A stretch of 64,000 nt of DNA from Terriglobia bacterium (GTDB lineage: Bacteria; Acidobacteriota; Terriglobia; Versatilivoradales; Versatilivoraceae): the NCBI GenBank assembly GCA_963663845.2, contig OY760650.2, positions 1,008,480 to 1,072,479 on the forward strand, written 5' to 3'. Below the pieces are notes generated by a model, which was not told the DNA's origin, did no database searches, and saw only the letters and a list, made by a program, of their open reading frames with translations. Shown here in pieces: positions 19,723-28,890 of this stretch. The translations under genes were made by a program, and so were the position numbers. Position 1 is the first letter of the stretch, and every line of letters starts with the position of its first letter.

Positions 19723-21423
19723 ATGCGACGAAGAAGCTTCCTTTCAAGAACCCTGGCCGGCGCCGCCTCCCTGGGCCTGCTGGGCGCCAGGAAAGCGTCG
19801 GCCCACCCGGGCCCGAAACCTGCGACGACCGACTCGGCCGGCCGCAGACCCACCATGATGTTTTACCACGACGGGCGGCACCCCTTGATCTACATGTACG
19901 AGCCCCCCATGCAGAAGGAAGAATTCGAAACGGCCGTGGACGAGCTGCTGGGAACCCCCATCGAAGCCATCATGTTCACCATGGGTGACGGACGGACGGT
20001 GCTGCACGACACCCAAGTGGGCGAGCTGTGGGGGCACAACGTCAAGAAGTGGCCCCACCTGATCTTCCGGCGGGCCCACCAGAACGCCCGGGGGCTCATC
20101 GACGCCGGACAGGACCCGCTGCGCGTCGTCTGCGACCGGGCCAGGGCCAAGGGGATCCTGATCTACCCGGTGCTGCTGGTTCAGCAAGGCACCGGCCAGC
20201 GAGGAACAGACACCCGCGCATCGGATTTTCGATTCGACAACACTCACCTGGAGATCGGGGCCGGCGGCGGGGTCGATCCCGAGTTCCCGGGACTCCACGG
20301 ACTGGACTTCAAGCACGAGGAGGTGCGGAACGAGCGGTTCGCCCTGGTCGAGGAGACCCTGAATCGCTACCCGGTGGACGGCTTCGAGCTTCAGCTCGAC
20401 TACATGCCCTACTACTTCCGGCCGGACGAGGTGGATGCGGGGCGTCCCATCATGACCGAGTGGGTCGCCCGGGTGCATCGCGCCGTCAAGCAGAGCGGAG
20501 CCCAGCGGGAGCTGGCCATCCGCATCCCCACCAGCATCGAGGGTTGCCACTCGGTGGGGCTCGACGTCCGGGAATGGATCCGCCAGGACATCGTGGACGT
20601 GCTCATCGGCCAGAACTTCTCGGGTCCCGAGCTGGTGGACCAGAACGCCGACTTCCGCCCCCTGGTGGCGGCCGCCAAGGAGTCGCCGTGCCGGGTCCTG
20701 GCGGCCATCCACAGCCACGTCGACTCCGATCGGCTGGGCGAGGCCACCGTCAAGATGATTCGGGCCGCGGCCTGCAACTACTGGGACCAGGGCGTCGACG
20801 GGCTCTACCTGGCCCATTGGTTCAGCAACTGGCCCTACGAGGGAGACTTCTACGAAAAGCTGCGCGAGCTTCCCTATCCCGAGGTGATGGCCCCCAAGGA
20901 CAAGACCTACTTCGTGACCACCATGACCGGCCGTTACCCCAAGCCTTCCACCGAGCCCGGACTCTCCATGCAGTTGCCGGCCGACCTCGAGGTCAACCGG
21001 CCGGTCAAGGTGGAGATGTCGGTCAGCGACGACCTGCCCCGCTGGCACAAGGACGGCCGCGTCCATGAAGTCCTCCTGAGGGCCAGAATGATCAATTCCA
21101 CCGAACTGGACCGGTTCAGCTTCCGCCTGAACGGCAAGGCCCTTCCCCAGTCCGGCCTGCGCAAGATCAATCAGCTCTACCGCATGGTGGCGCCGCGCTA
21201 CCGGGTCAACAACTGCTACTGGCACATCTACCGGCTGGACCGCAGCCATTGGCCGCGCAAGGGGAGCAACACGGTGGAGATCACCCTGACCCAAAGAGAC
21301 CCCGACATCACCCCCCAGATCTTCCTGAGAGACCTGGAGCTGGACATCAAGTACCTGATGGGCAAGAACTTCCACCGGGGACAGGACCCCGACCTGGGCG
21401 AAGTCCAGTCCCTGACCGACTGA
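19723..21423 (+). CDS. Tat-exported GH-like TIM-barrel protein, paralog 2
   Basis: MRRRSFL; FYHDGRH, DGFELQLD, GVDGLY; AAGGAG RBS. Confidence 0.65.
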   Translation: MRRRSFLSRTLAGAASLGLLGARKASAHPGPKPATTDSAGRRPTMMFYHDGRHPLIYMYEPPMQKEEFETAVDELLGTPIEAIMFTMGDGRTVLHDTQVGELWGHNVKKWPHLIFRRAHQNARGLIDAGQDPLRVVCDRARAKGILIYPVLLVQQGTGQRGTDTRASDFRFDNTHLEIGAGGGVDPEFPGLHGLDFKHEEVRNERFALVEETLNRYPVDGFELQLDYMPYYFRPDEVDAGRPIMTEWVARVHRAVKQSGAQRELAIRIPTSIEGCHSVGLDVREWIRQDIVDVLIGQNFSGPELVDQNADFRPLVAAAKESPCRVLAAIHSHVDSDRLGEATVKMIRAAACNYWDQGVDGLYLAHWFSNWPYEGDFYEKLRELPYPEVMAPKDKTYFVTTMTGRYPKPSTEPGLSMQLPADLEVNRPVKVEMSVSDDLPRWHKDGRVHEVLLRARMINSTELDRFSFRLNGKALPQSGLRKINQLYRMVAPRYRVNNCYWHIYRLDRSHWPRKGSNTVEITLTQRDPDITPQIFLRDLELDIKYLMGKNFHRGQDPDLGEVQSLTD

Positions 21424-21472
21424 GTTCTGCAATCCTCGGGGGGACTGACACCCCGGGGCGGTGAAGCAACCC

Positions 21473-23167
21473 ATGAAACGGCGCCGTTTCTTCCAAACCG
21501 CCGCTGCAGCCGGCCTGGCCGGCGGGGCGGCCTCCCTCTCCCCGCAAACGCAGCCGGCCCAAGCCTCCGCTTCGGATGACCGGGGGGCAGCCCGCAAGCC
21601 CCGCATCCTGTTCTACCACGACGGCCGTCATCCCCTGATCTACATGTACGAGCCCCCCATGCGAAAGGAGCAGTTCGAGTCGGCCGTGGACGAACTGCTC
21701 GGGACCCCGGTGGAAGCGCTGATGTTCACCATGGGCGACGGCCGCACCGTGCTGCACGACACCCGGGTGGGCGAGCTCTGGGGAGACCACCTCAGGAACA
21801 GCCAATGGCCCCACCTCATCTTCCGCCGCGCCTACCAGAACGCCAAGGGCCTGATCCGGGCGGGCCAGGACCCGCTGCGCGTCGTCTGCGACCGGGCCCG
21901 GAGCCGGGGAATGCTGATCTACCCGGTGCTGCTGGTCCAGCAGGGGACCGGAAAGCGCGGGGAGGACACCCGCGCCTCGGAGTTCCGCCTGAACCACCGC
22001 CACCTGGAAATCGGCGCCGGAGGCGGGGTGGACTCGGCCTTCCCCGGTTTCCACGGCCTGGACTTCAAGCACGAGGCGGTGCGCCGGGAGCGCTTCGCCC
22101 TGATCGAGGAGACGCTGCAGCGCTACCCGGTGGATGGCTTCGAGCTGCAGCTCAACTACATGCCCTACTACTTCCGTCCCGACGAGGTCGAGCCCGGGCG
22201 CCGGATCATGACCGAGTGGATTGGGCGGGTCTACCGGGCGGTGAAGCGGAGCGGGGAGGGGCGTGAGCTGGTCCTGCGGGTGCCGGCCAGCCTGGAACAG
22301 TGCGAGTCGGTGGGGATGGACATCCGGGAATGGCTGCGGCAAGGCATCGTGGACGTGCTCATTCCGCAGGGTCCCGGGCGCTTCGATCCGATGCTGGACC
22401 TGGGGCCGATGGTGTCGGCCGCGCGTGGGACCGATTGCCGCATTCACGGTTATCTCCCCAGCACGGTGGACTCCGATCGCCTGATGGAGTCCACCCTCCC
22501 CGTCACCCGGGCCGCCGCCTGTAATCTGTGGGACCAGGGGGTGGACGGGCTCTACGTGGCCCAGTGGTTCAGCACCTGGCCCTACCGGAGCTCCTTTTAC
22601 GAGCGGCTGCGGGAACTGCCCCATCCCGATGTCATGGCTCCCAGGGACAAGCACTATTTCCTGCAGACCACCACGGGACGCTACCCCAACCGTCGCGGGC
22701 GGCATCTCCCGGCGGAGCTGGAAGTCGGCCGGCCGGTGAGCCTGGAATTCAGGATCAGCGACGAGCTGCCGCGCTGGGCCAGGACGGGGCGGGTTCACCA
22801 GGTCCTCTTGCGGATCCGGATGTCCAATACCACCGAGCTGGACCGCCTCGTCTTCCGGCTGAACGGGAAGCCGCTTCCCGATTCGAGGTTGCGCAAGATC
22901 AACGAAATGTTTAAGCTCAAGATCCCGCGCTTCTTCCAGTTCGGTTACTGGTATGTCTACAGGCTGGACGCGGACCACTGGCCGGTCAGGGGCCTCAACC
23001 GGCTGGAGGTGGAGCTGAAGCAGCGGGACCCGCAGGTCACGCCCCGGATCGCGGTGAGCAACCTGGAACTGGAGATCAAGTACCTGCTGGGGAAGAACAT
23101 GCGGCGGGACTCGGAGACCGATCTGGGCGAGCGGGAAAGTCTCACCGATCGGCATGGGACGGCATGA
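21473..23167 (+). CDS. Tat-exported GH-like TIM-barrel protein, paralog 3
   Basis: MKRRRFF; long stretches nearly identical to paralog 2 at protein and DNA level. Confidence 0.65.
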   Translation: MKRRRFFQTAAAAGLAGGAASLSPQTQPAQASASDDRGAARKPRILFYHDGRHPLIYMYEPPMRKEQFESAVDELLGTPVEALMFTMGDGRTVLHDTRVGELWGDHLRNSQWPHLIFRRAYQNAKGLIRAGQDPLRVVCDRARSRGMLIYPVLLVQQGTGKRGEDTRASEFRLNHRHLEIGAGGGVDSAFPGFHGLDFKHEAVRRERFALIEETLQRYPVDGFELQLNYMPYYFRPDEVEPGRRIMTEWIGRVYRAVKRSGEGRELVLRVPASLEQCESVGMDIREWLRQGIVDVLIPQGPGRFDPMLDLGPMVSAARGTDCRIHGYLPSTVDSDRLMESTLPVTRAAACNLWDQGVDGLYVAQWFSTWPYRSSFYERLRELPHPDVMAPRDKHYFLQTTTGRYPNRRGRHLPAELEVGRPVSLEFRISDELPRWARTGRVHQVLLRIRMSNTTELDRLVFRLNGKPLPDSRLRKINEMFKLKIPRFFQFGYWYVYRLDADHWPVRGLNRLEVELKQRDPQVTPRIAVSNLELEIKYLLGKNMRRDSETDLGERESLTDRHGTA

Positions 23168-23961
23168 ATCGACGTCACTTCTTGCAGGGAGCTGGAATTC
23201 TCTTGACGGGCGGCAGCACTCTCGACCGGGAAGCTCAGGCTTCCTCGCAAAACGAGCGCCGGGTCCTGATCACCAGCGGTGAGACGGAATTGGCCCAGGT
23301 CATCGCCGACCACCTCAGCCGCGACCGCGAGGTCCGGCTCACGGGTCTGACGGCTGTCCCCAGCCGCTTCCCCTTCGCCGCCTGCCAACTGGATCACGAC
23401 TCGGCCACCGACGAGCTGGTGCGGGGAGTGGGGGCCGTCGTCCACGTGGCCGAGCCGCCTTCGGGCGCGGACGAGCGGGAGCAGATCGACCACCTGACCC
23501 GCAGGACCTACAACCTGGCCAGGGCCGCCGTGGACGCCGGGGTCGAGCGGCTGCTCTTTCTCAGCACGCTGGAGCTGATGACGGGCTACGAGGAGGACTT
23601 CCTGGTCAGCGAACGCTGGCGGCCGCTCCCCACCACCCGGCCGTCCGTGCTGGCCAGGCACCTGGGCGAGTACACCTGCAGGGAGTTCGCCCGGGAGCAG
23701 AAGCTGCAGGTGATCGTGCTTCGACTCGGCAAGGTGGTCAAGGCCGCGGCGGTCAGTGGGCAAGCCCCCGATCCCCTCTGGGTGGAGGAGCGGGAGGTGG
23801 CCCAGGCGGTCGCCGGCGCCCTGGACGCCAAGCTCTCCGACCACGCCCAGGGCGTGGGCCGCTGGAGAATCTTCAACGTGCAGTCGGAGTTCCCGGGGTC
23901 CCGCTTCCCGGTCTCCAACGCCAAGGGGGCTCTGGGCTACCGGCCCTGGTTCAAGCCCTGA
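23164..23961 (+). CDS. NAD-dependent epimerase/dehydratase-like protein with Tat signal
   Basis: MNRRHFLQG; RVLITSG; ATGA overlap with the upstream gene. Confidence 0.7.
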   Translation: MNRRHFLQGAGILLTGGSTLDREAQASSQNERRVLITSGETELAQVIADHLSRDREVRLTGLTAVPSRFPFAACQLDHDSATDELVRGVGAVVHVAEPPSGADEREQIDHLTRRTYNLARAAVDAGVERLLFLSTLELMTGYEEDFLVSERWRPLPTTRPSVLARHLGEYTCREFAREQKLQVIVLRLGKVVKAAAVSGQAPDPLWVEEREVAQAVAGALDAKLSDHAQGVGRWRIFNVQSEFPGSRFPVSNAKGALGYRPWFKP

Positions 23962-23982
23962 GCGGAATGGCAGGATAGATCC

Positions 23983-24711
23983 ATGAAAGTGCTCATCATC
24001 GGAGCCACCGGCTATCTGGGGCCGCACGTGGTCAAGGCGCTGGAGGACCACCACCAGCTCCTGCTCACCGATATCAAGCCGCCCAAGGAGAACACGCCCC
24101 ACCCCTTCCAGAGGGTGGATGTCAGCTCCATGGAGCAGGTGCAGCGGGCCGCCGAGGGAATGGATGCCATCCTCAACCTTTCGGTGCTGCGGGAGCACCG
24201 GCGGATCGCCTTCGACGTAAACGCCCTGGGCTGCTACAACATCATGCGGGCAGCCGTGGACCACGGGATTCGCCGGGTCATCAACACCGGACCCCACTTC
24301 ACCATCACGGGTCCGCTCTACGAGGGCATCGACCACGGCATCACGCCCGACGTCCCTCCTCACCCCAGCACCATCCTCTACGCCTTGACCAAGTCCCTGG
24401 GCCAGGAGATCTGCCGGGTGTTCAGCCAACACCACGACGTCTACGTGCTGGACTACCTGTTCTACAACTTTCGCGACCCCAAGCAGGTGAAGCGGGGCTC
24501 GGGAGGAGTGCCCTTCATCGTCTCCTGGGATGACGCCGGAGAGGCCTTCCGGCTCGGCCTGGAGATCGAACTGGACCGGCTGCCCTCCCGCTGCGAAATC
24601 TTCTTCATCTGCGCGGACATGCCCCAAGGGAAGTTTCTCAACGAAAAGACCAGGCGCGTGCTGGGCTTCAAGCCCAAGGACGACCTGGCCTACCTTTGGC
24701 GCCGGCCCTGA
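23983..24711 (+). CDS. NAD-dependent epimerase/dehydratase (extended SDR, uronate dehydrogenase-like)
   Basis: IIGATGYLG Rossmann motif; YALTK catalytic YxxxK. Confidence 0.82.
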   Translation: MKVLIIGATGYLGPHVVKALEDHHQLLLTDIKPPKENTPHPFQRVDVSSMEQVQRAAEGMDAILNLSVLREHRRIAFDVNALGCYNIMRAAVDHGIRRVINTGPHFTITGPLYEGIDHGITPDVPPHPSTILYALTKSLGQEICRVFSQHHDVYVLDYLFYNFRDPKQVKRGSGGVPFIVSWDDAGEAFRLGLEIELDRLPSRCEIFFICADMPQGKFLNEKTRRVLGFKPKDDLAYLWRRP

Positions 24712-24728
24712 TTGCGGGACTCTGTTCT

Positions 24729-24774
24729 CCATGGGCTTTCGCCCACGGCTAAGCGCGGACGCCGCTTCTCGGCT
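24729..24774. repeat. Short REP-like hairpin related to family A
   Basis: CCATGGGCTTTCGCCCACGG-CTA...CGCCGCTTCTCGGCT has the same architecture as the family A unit at about 28470-28515. Confidence 0.55.
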
Positions 24775-24817
24775 GACTGGAATCCTCGGGCTGGCGCCCG
24801 GGGAACCATCATTAACG

Positions 24818-25021
24818 GAGTCTACTGCAAAATTCGCCAGGGGGACGATTACCGGCAATGGCCACAAAAGGCACAAAAACACAAAGGGTGACTTTTGTGC
24901 CTTTTGTGCTTTTTGTGGTTGGACAGCATTTTTCCCAAGGTCGCACCCGATATTGAATAGGGCAGAACCTCAGGTTTGCCGGCACAATCACCTGCCCCGC
25001 TGCGAATCTTGCAAAAAGCTC
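24818..25021 (+). mobile_element. MITE-like element, family B copy 1
   Basis: Imperfect TIRs GAGTCTACTGCAAAATTCG...CGAATCTTGCAAAAAGCTC; internal CACAAAA/TTTTGTG periodic hairpin; reverse complement of 26446-26640. Confidence 0.75.
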
Positions 25022-25034
25022 AACGGATAAACCC

Positions 25035-26414
25035 ATGATCCATCGCCGCCGTTTATTGAAGACCGCCGCCCTGGGAGCGGGGCTGGCTCCTTTTCCCCTT
25101 TCCCTCCTGTCCGAAGCCCGGGGGAGGATGAAGATCGTCGAGATCGAGGAGCACGAAGTGGTCGCCCCCTATCAGGACTACAATGCCGAGACGCTCTTTC
25201 GGTATCACGGACTCTCCCTGCAGAGGCGCATCATCTACGTGGTCAGGACGGACACGGGACTGGAAGGTTACGGAGAGAGCGGCGGCCCGTTGCGTAAGGG
25301 CCGGTTCAAGGACTACCTGGGCAGCGACCCGTTCGACTGGATGGCCGACACCAGGAACCTTCCCATGAACATGGCCGTCTACGATCTCATGGGGAAATTT
25401 CTGGGCCTGCCCGTCTGGAAGCTCCTGGGACCCAAGGTGCGCTCCTGGATTCCGGTGGCGGCCTGGACCGTCTCCCGGCCTCCCCAGGAAATGGCGGAGG
25501 AAGTGCTTGACGTATCCCGGCGGGGCTACCACTGGCTCAAGTACCACGTGGATGTCCTGCAGAACGCCATCGACCAGACCGAAGCCATGCAGAAGGTCGC
25601 TCCCCCCGGGTTCAAGATCCACTACGACTTCAACGAGGACTCCAACTTCGAAGCCGTCTACCCGGTGCTGCGGGAACTGGAAAAGTTTCCCGTCGCCGGA
25701 CGGATCGAAGACCCCATCCGTTCCGAAGATCGCGACGGCTATCGCCTGCTGCGGGAGAAGTGCTCCATCCCCATCCTCATACACCACGGCCCCCACGACG
25801 TCTTCATGAGAGAGGGCCTCTGCGACGGTTTCATGGGCGGGCACGCTGCGGTAGGCCACGCCATGAAGCTGTCGGCCATGGCGGAGTCGACCAACACGCC
25901 CTTCATGCTCCAGCAGACGGGCGGCACCATCAACCAGGCCTTCCTGGCCCATGAAGTGGCCGTCTTTCCCATGGCCGTCCTGGACCACGTCAACGGGTGC
26001 CATCTCTGGAAGGAGCAGGTGACGCGCGAGGACATGCCCGTGGTGGGAGGAAGCGTGGCGCTCCCGAAAGGACCCGGGCTGGGGGTCAGCCTCGACCGGG
26101 AGAAGCTGAAGCGGCTGGCCCAGGCCCCGCGGCCCAAGCAAACCCGCTTCCTGGTAAGGACCCGCTATGAAGACGGCCTCAGCATCTATTTCCGGTTCGA
26201 CCCCGATCTTCCCGGGGCCAACGTGAGATTCCTCAATCCTCCCGGATTCGGGCAACGATACTCCGGTTTCGGGCCGGATGTCCCCGGACCGGTTCCGGGT
26301 TATGCCAATCCGGTGGTCAGTGACTTCTGGGACGAAACCGGTTCTCCGGAATTCGAATCCATGTGGGAGCGCACGGCGGAAGGGCCGGTCTGGGAGCAAT
26401 CCGGCAAGCCCTGA
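25035..26414 (+). CDS. Enolase-superfamily (mandelate racemase/MLE-like) enzyme with Tat signal, paralog 1
   Basis: IHRRRLLK; TDTGLEGYGE, MAVYDLMGK, YDFN, IEDP, PKGPGLGV. Confidence 0.85.
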   Translation: MIHRRRLLKTAALGAGLAPFPLSLLSEARGRMKIVEIEEHEVVAPYQDYNAETLFRYHGLSLQRRIIYVVRTDTGLEGYGESGGPLRKGRFKDYLGSDPFDWMADTRNLPMNMAVYDLMGKFLGLPVWKLLGPKVRSWIPVAAWTVSRPPQEMAEEVLDVSRRGYHWLKYHVDVLQNAIDQTEAMQKVAPPGFKIHYDFNEDSNFEAVYPVLRELEKFPVAGRIEDPIRSEDRDGYRLLREKCSIPILIHHGPHDVFMREGLCDGFMGGHAAVGHAMKLSAMAESTNTPFMLQQTGGTINQAFLAHEVAVFPMAVLDHVNGCHLWKEQVTREDMPVVGGSVALPKGPGLGVSLDREKLKRLAQAPRPKQTRFLVRTRYEDGLSIYFRFDPDLPGANVRFLNPPGFGQRYSGFGPDVPGPVPGYANPVVSDFWDETGSPEFESMWERTAEGPVWEQSGKP

Positions 26415-26445
26415 CCGACGCGGCCGCGGGATTCAATTGTAAAGG

Positions 26446-26640
26446 GAGCCTTTTGCAAAATTCGTGGCGGGGCAGGTCATCTTGCCGGAGAACCTGAGGT
26501 TCTGCCATTTTCAATATCGGGTGCGACCTGGTGAGCCATGAGGGATAACCACAAAAAGCACAAAAGGCACAAATTGTGTTTTTGTGCCTTTTGTGGCCAT
26601 TCCCGGTAAACGTCCCCCTGCCGAATTTTGCAAGAGCCTC
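26446..26640 (-). mobile_element. MITE-like element, family B copy 2 (inverted)
   Basis: TIRs GAGCCTTTTGCAAAATTCG...CGAATTTTGCAAGAGCCTC; matches copy 1 in reverse orientation. Confidence 0.78.
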
Positions 26641-26651
26641 AAGGAGGTGTC

Positions 26652-28319
26652 ATGAAACGAAGACGGTTCCTCAAGACAGTCGGCGGCGGGCTGCTGGCCG
26701 GTCCCTGGTTGGGAGGTTTGACCTCGCCCCTTGTGAATCCGGGCTGGAGCCGCCCCATTCCTGCCGGTGACACCGGCCGCCGCATGCTGTCCAACCACGA
26801 CGGCGCCATCATGGGGAGCGATCCTCCGCTCACCGCCGAGCACTTCCGCCAGGTGGTCAGGAGTTACCAGGGAACCCCGGTCGACACCATCTGCTTCTGT
26901 CTGGGCGACCGCGAGGTTTACCACTACGAGAGCGAGGTGGCCGAGGTTTTCGGCCGCCGGCACGGAACCTTCAAGAGCGACTGGGAATGGCGCGTCTACG
27001 AAAATATCCGGCGACTCATTGAATCGGGCAAGGGCCCCCTGGCCACCTTTGCCGAGGTGTGCCGGGAGGAAGGCATGGGCCTGTTCGGCTCCTTTCGAAT
27101 GAACAGCCACTACGGCGTGGACCCCAGCTCCCCCAACCACAGCGAGTTTCGGCTCAAGCACCCCCAATGGCTGATCGGGCACCCCGCCGGCTATTCCAAG
27201 GAGAGCAAGGAATGGGGGATCCGAATGGGCTTGAACTATGCCATCCCGGAGGTTCGCGAGCACATGGCGGCCACCATCACGGAGGTCTTCACCCGATTTC
27301 AGGTGGACGGCGTGGAGCTGGATTTCATGCGGCACCCGGCCTTCTTCAAGCTGCACGAGGCGGTGGAGAACCACCACCACATGACCGACATGCTGCGGCA
27401 CATCAAGCGCCGCCGGGATGAGGTCAGCCGGGAGACCGGCCGCAAGATCGAGCTGGCCATGCGGGTTCCGCCCACCTTCGCCGATGCCCTGCGGGTGGGC
27501 CTGGACGTGCGCACCTGGATCGGGGAGGGCCTGGTGGACCTTCTCATCGCGGGAGGGGGCTTCATTCCCTTCGACATGCCCTTCGAGTCGTTCGTGGAGG
27601 CGGCCCGAGGCACCGACTGCCGGGTCTTGGGCGGAATGGAGCTTCTCCGCTACATGACCGGACCCACTCCCGACCTGGACATCAATCGAGCCATCGCCAT
27701 GCGCTTCTGGGAGGGCGGGGCCGACGGACTGCAGCTCTTCAACTACTTCGCCCAGGAAACGGATTGGAAGCGGCGGTTCTTCCAGGAAATCGGCGACCCC
27801 GAGCGGCTGGCCAGGCTGGACAAGCGCTACCAGATGGACAAGCGACGCTGGTTCCCCGGCGCCTGGAACAACCACGGCGCCGCCTTTTCATCGGCGGTGC
27901 CGGCGGTGCAGCTCCCGGTGGACCTCACCGAGACGCCGCCCGGAGGCGGCCCCCGCCTTCGATTCAGGATTTCCGATGACCTGGAATCGGCCACGCGCAA
28001 GGGCGCCCTGGAAAGCGTCAAGCTGCGCCTCCTGTTCGAGAACCGCACGCTCGAGGACCAGGTCGAGGTCCATCTCAACGGGGAGCGCCTGCCCGACAAG
28101 CAGTCCCCCTCCTTTGACCTGGTCGCCTACTGGAACAGGAGGCGCGGTCCCTACCAGGGAGAGTACCTGACGGGGACCCTGGAATACGACGTCGCCACCC
28201 CGCCCCTGAAGCAGGGAATCAACGTCATCCAGGTTCGACTGGTGAAACGCACCCCCAAACTGACCACCCCCCTGAGACTGGGCCTGGTGGAAGCGTCGGT
28301 GAATTACAAGTCTGGTTGA
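26652..28319 (+). CDS. Tat-exported GH-like TIM-barrel protein, paralog 4
   Basis: AAGGAGG RBS; MKRRRFLK; NHDG, SFRMN, DGVELDFMRH, GADGLQLFNY. Confidence 0.68.
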   Translation: MKRRRFLKTVGGGLLAGPWLGGLTSPLVNPGWSRPIPAGDTGRRMLSNHDGAIMGSDPPLTAEHFRQVVRSYQGTPVDTICFCLGDREVYHYESEVAEVFGRRHGTFKSDWEWRVYENIRRLIESGKGPLATFAEVCREEGMGLFGSFRMNSHYGVDPSSPNHSEFRLKHPQWLIGHPAGYSKESKEWGIRMGLNYAIPEVREHMAATITEVFTRFQVDGVELDFMRHPAFFKLHEAVENHHHMTDMLRHIKRRRDEVSRETGRKIELAMRVPPTFADALRVGLDVRTWIGEGLVDLLIAGGGFIPFDMPFESFVEAARGTDCRVLGGMELLRYMTGPTPDLDINRAIAMRFWEGGADGLQLFNYFAQETDWKRRFFQEIGDPERLARLDKRYQMDKRRWFPGAWNNHGAAFSSAVPAVQLPVDLTETPPGGGPRLRFRISDDLESATRKGALESVKLRLLFENRTLEDQVEVHLNGERLPDKQSPSFDLVAYWNRRRGPYQGEYLTGTLEYDVATPPLKQGINVIQVRLVKRTPKLTTPLRLGLVEASVNYKSG

Positions 28320-28375
28320 TTGCTCGTCCGGGCTCAACCGGGGTTTGCGCGACGCCTTGCGCCCGACTTTCAGGA

Positions 28376-28395
28376 GAGCCTTTTGCAAAAGGCTC
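28376..28395. repeat. Perfect 20-bp palindrome made of family B TIR sequence
   Basis: GAGCCTTTTGCAAAAGGCTC equals its own reverse complement; first 15 nt identical to 26446-26460. Confidence 0.85.
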
Positions 28396-28400
28396 GAGAG

Positions 28401-28587
28401 GCAATGCTTTTCGGAAGGGTGCATCCTATTCGCCGCATTCGCGGCTGGGGCAGTGCAGGGTTCATACGACCCCAGGCTTCCGCCTGGGGCTACCCTGAGC
28501 CGCAGCTACGCTGCTCTATAAGGATGGCCTGTAGGTGGCGTCTCCCCGGGTTACCGACTCCAACCGCTGCTTCGCAGCTCTCCCTGA
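28401..28587 (-). repeat. ~190-bp REP-like multi-hairpin element, family A copy 2
   Basis: Reverse complement aligns with 4140-4328. Confidence 0.85.
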
Positions 28588-28630
28588 AATCACGACACTG
28601 CAAAGGGGAACGTACTTATTTATTTGGGAT

Positions 28631-28841
28631 GAAGGGTTTGCAAAAATCGGCAGAGGGATCTTTTTCGCGAATGGCCACAAAGGGCGCAAAAACACAAAAA
28701 AGAACCCTCTGATCGTCAAGACTCGATATCAAGCAGCTCATTTTGTGCCTTTTGTGCTTTTTGTGGTGAATGCCGGAGCTACCAGCCCTTCACCTTTGGC
28801 GCCTCCATGCCATTCCCGATGGGGGATTTTGCAAAAGGCAC
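28631..28841 (+). mobile_element. Diverged MITE-like element, family B copy 3
   Basis: GGTTTGCAAAAATCGG...GATTTTGCAAAAGGCAC ends; AATGGCCACAAAGGGCGCAAAAACACAAA and TTTTGTGCCTTTTGTGCTTTTTGTGGT arms shared with copy 1. Confidence 0.65.
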
Positions 28842-28890
28842 AGGACACAAGGCGTTTCTTCCTATCCTCTTCCCCTCCCCGGGAGGCACC

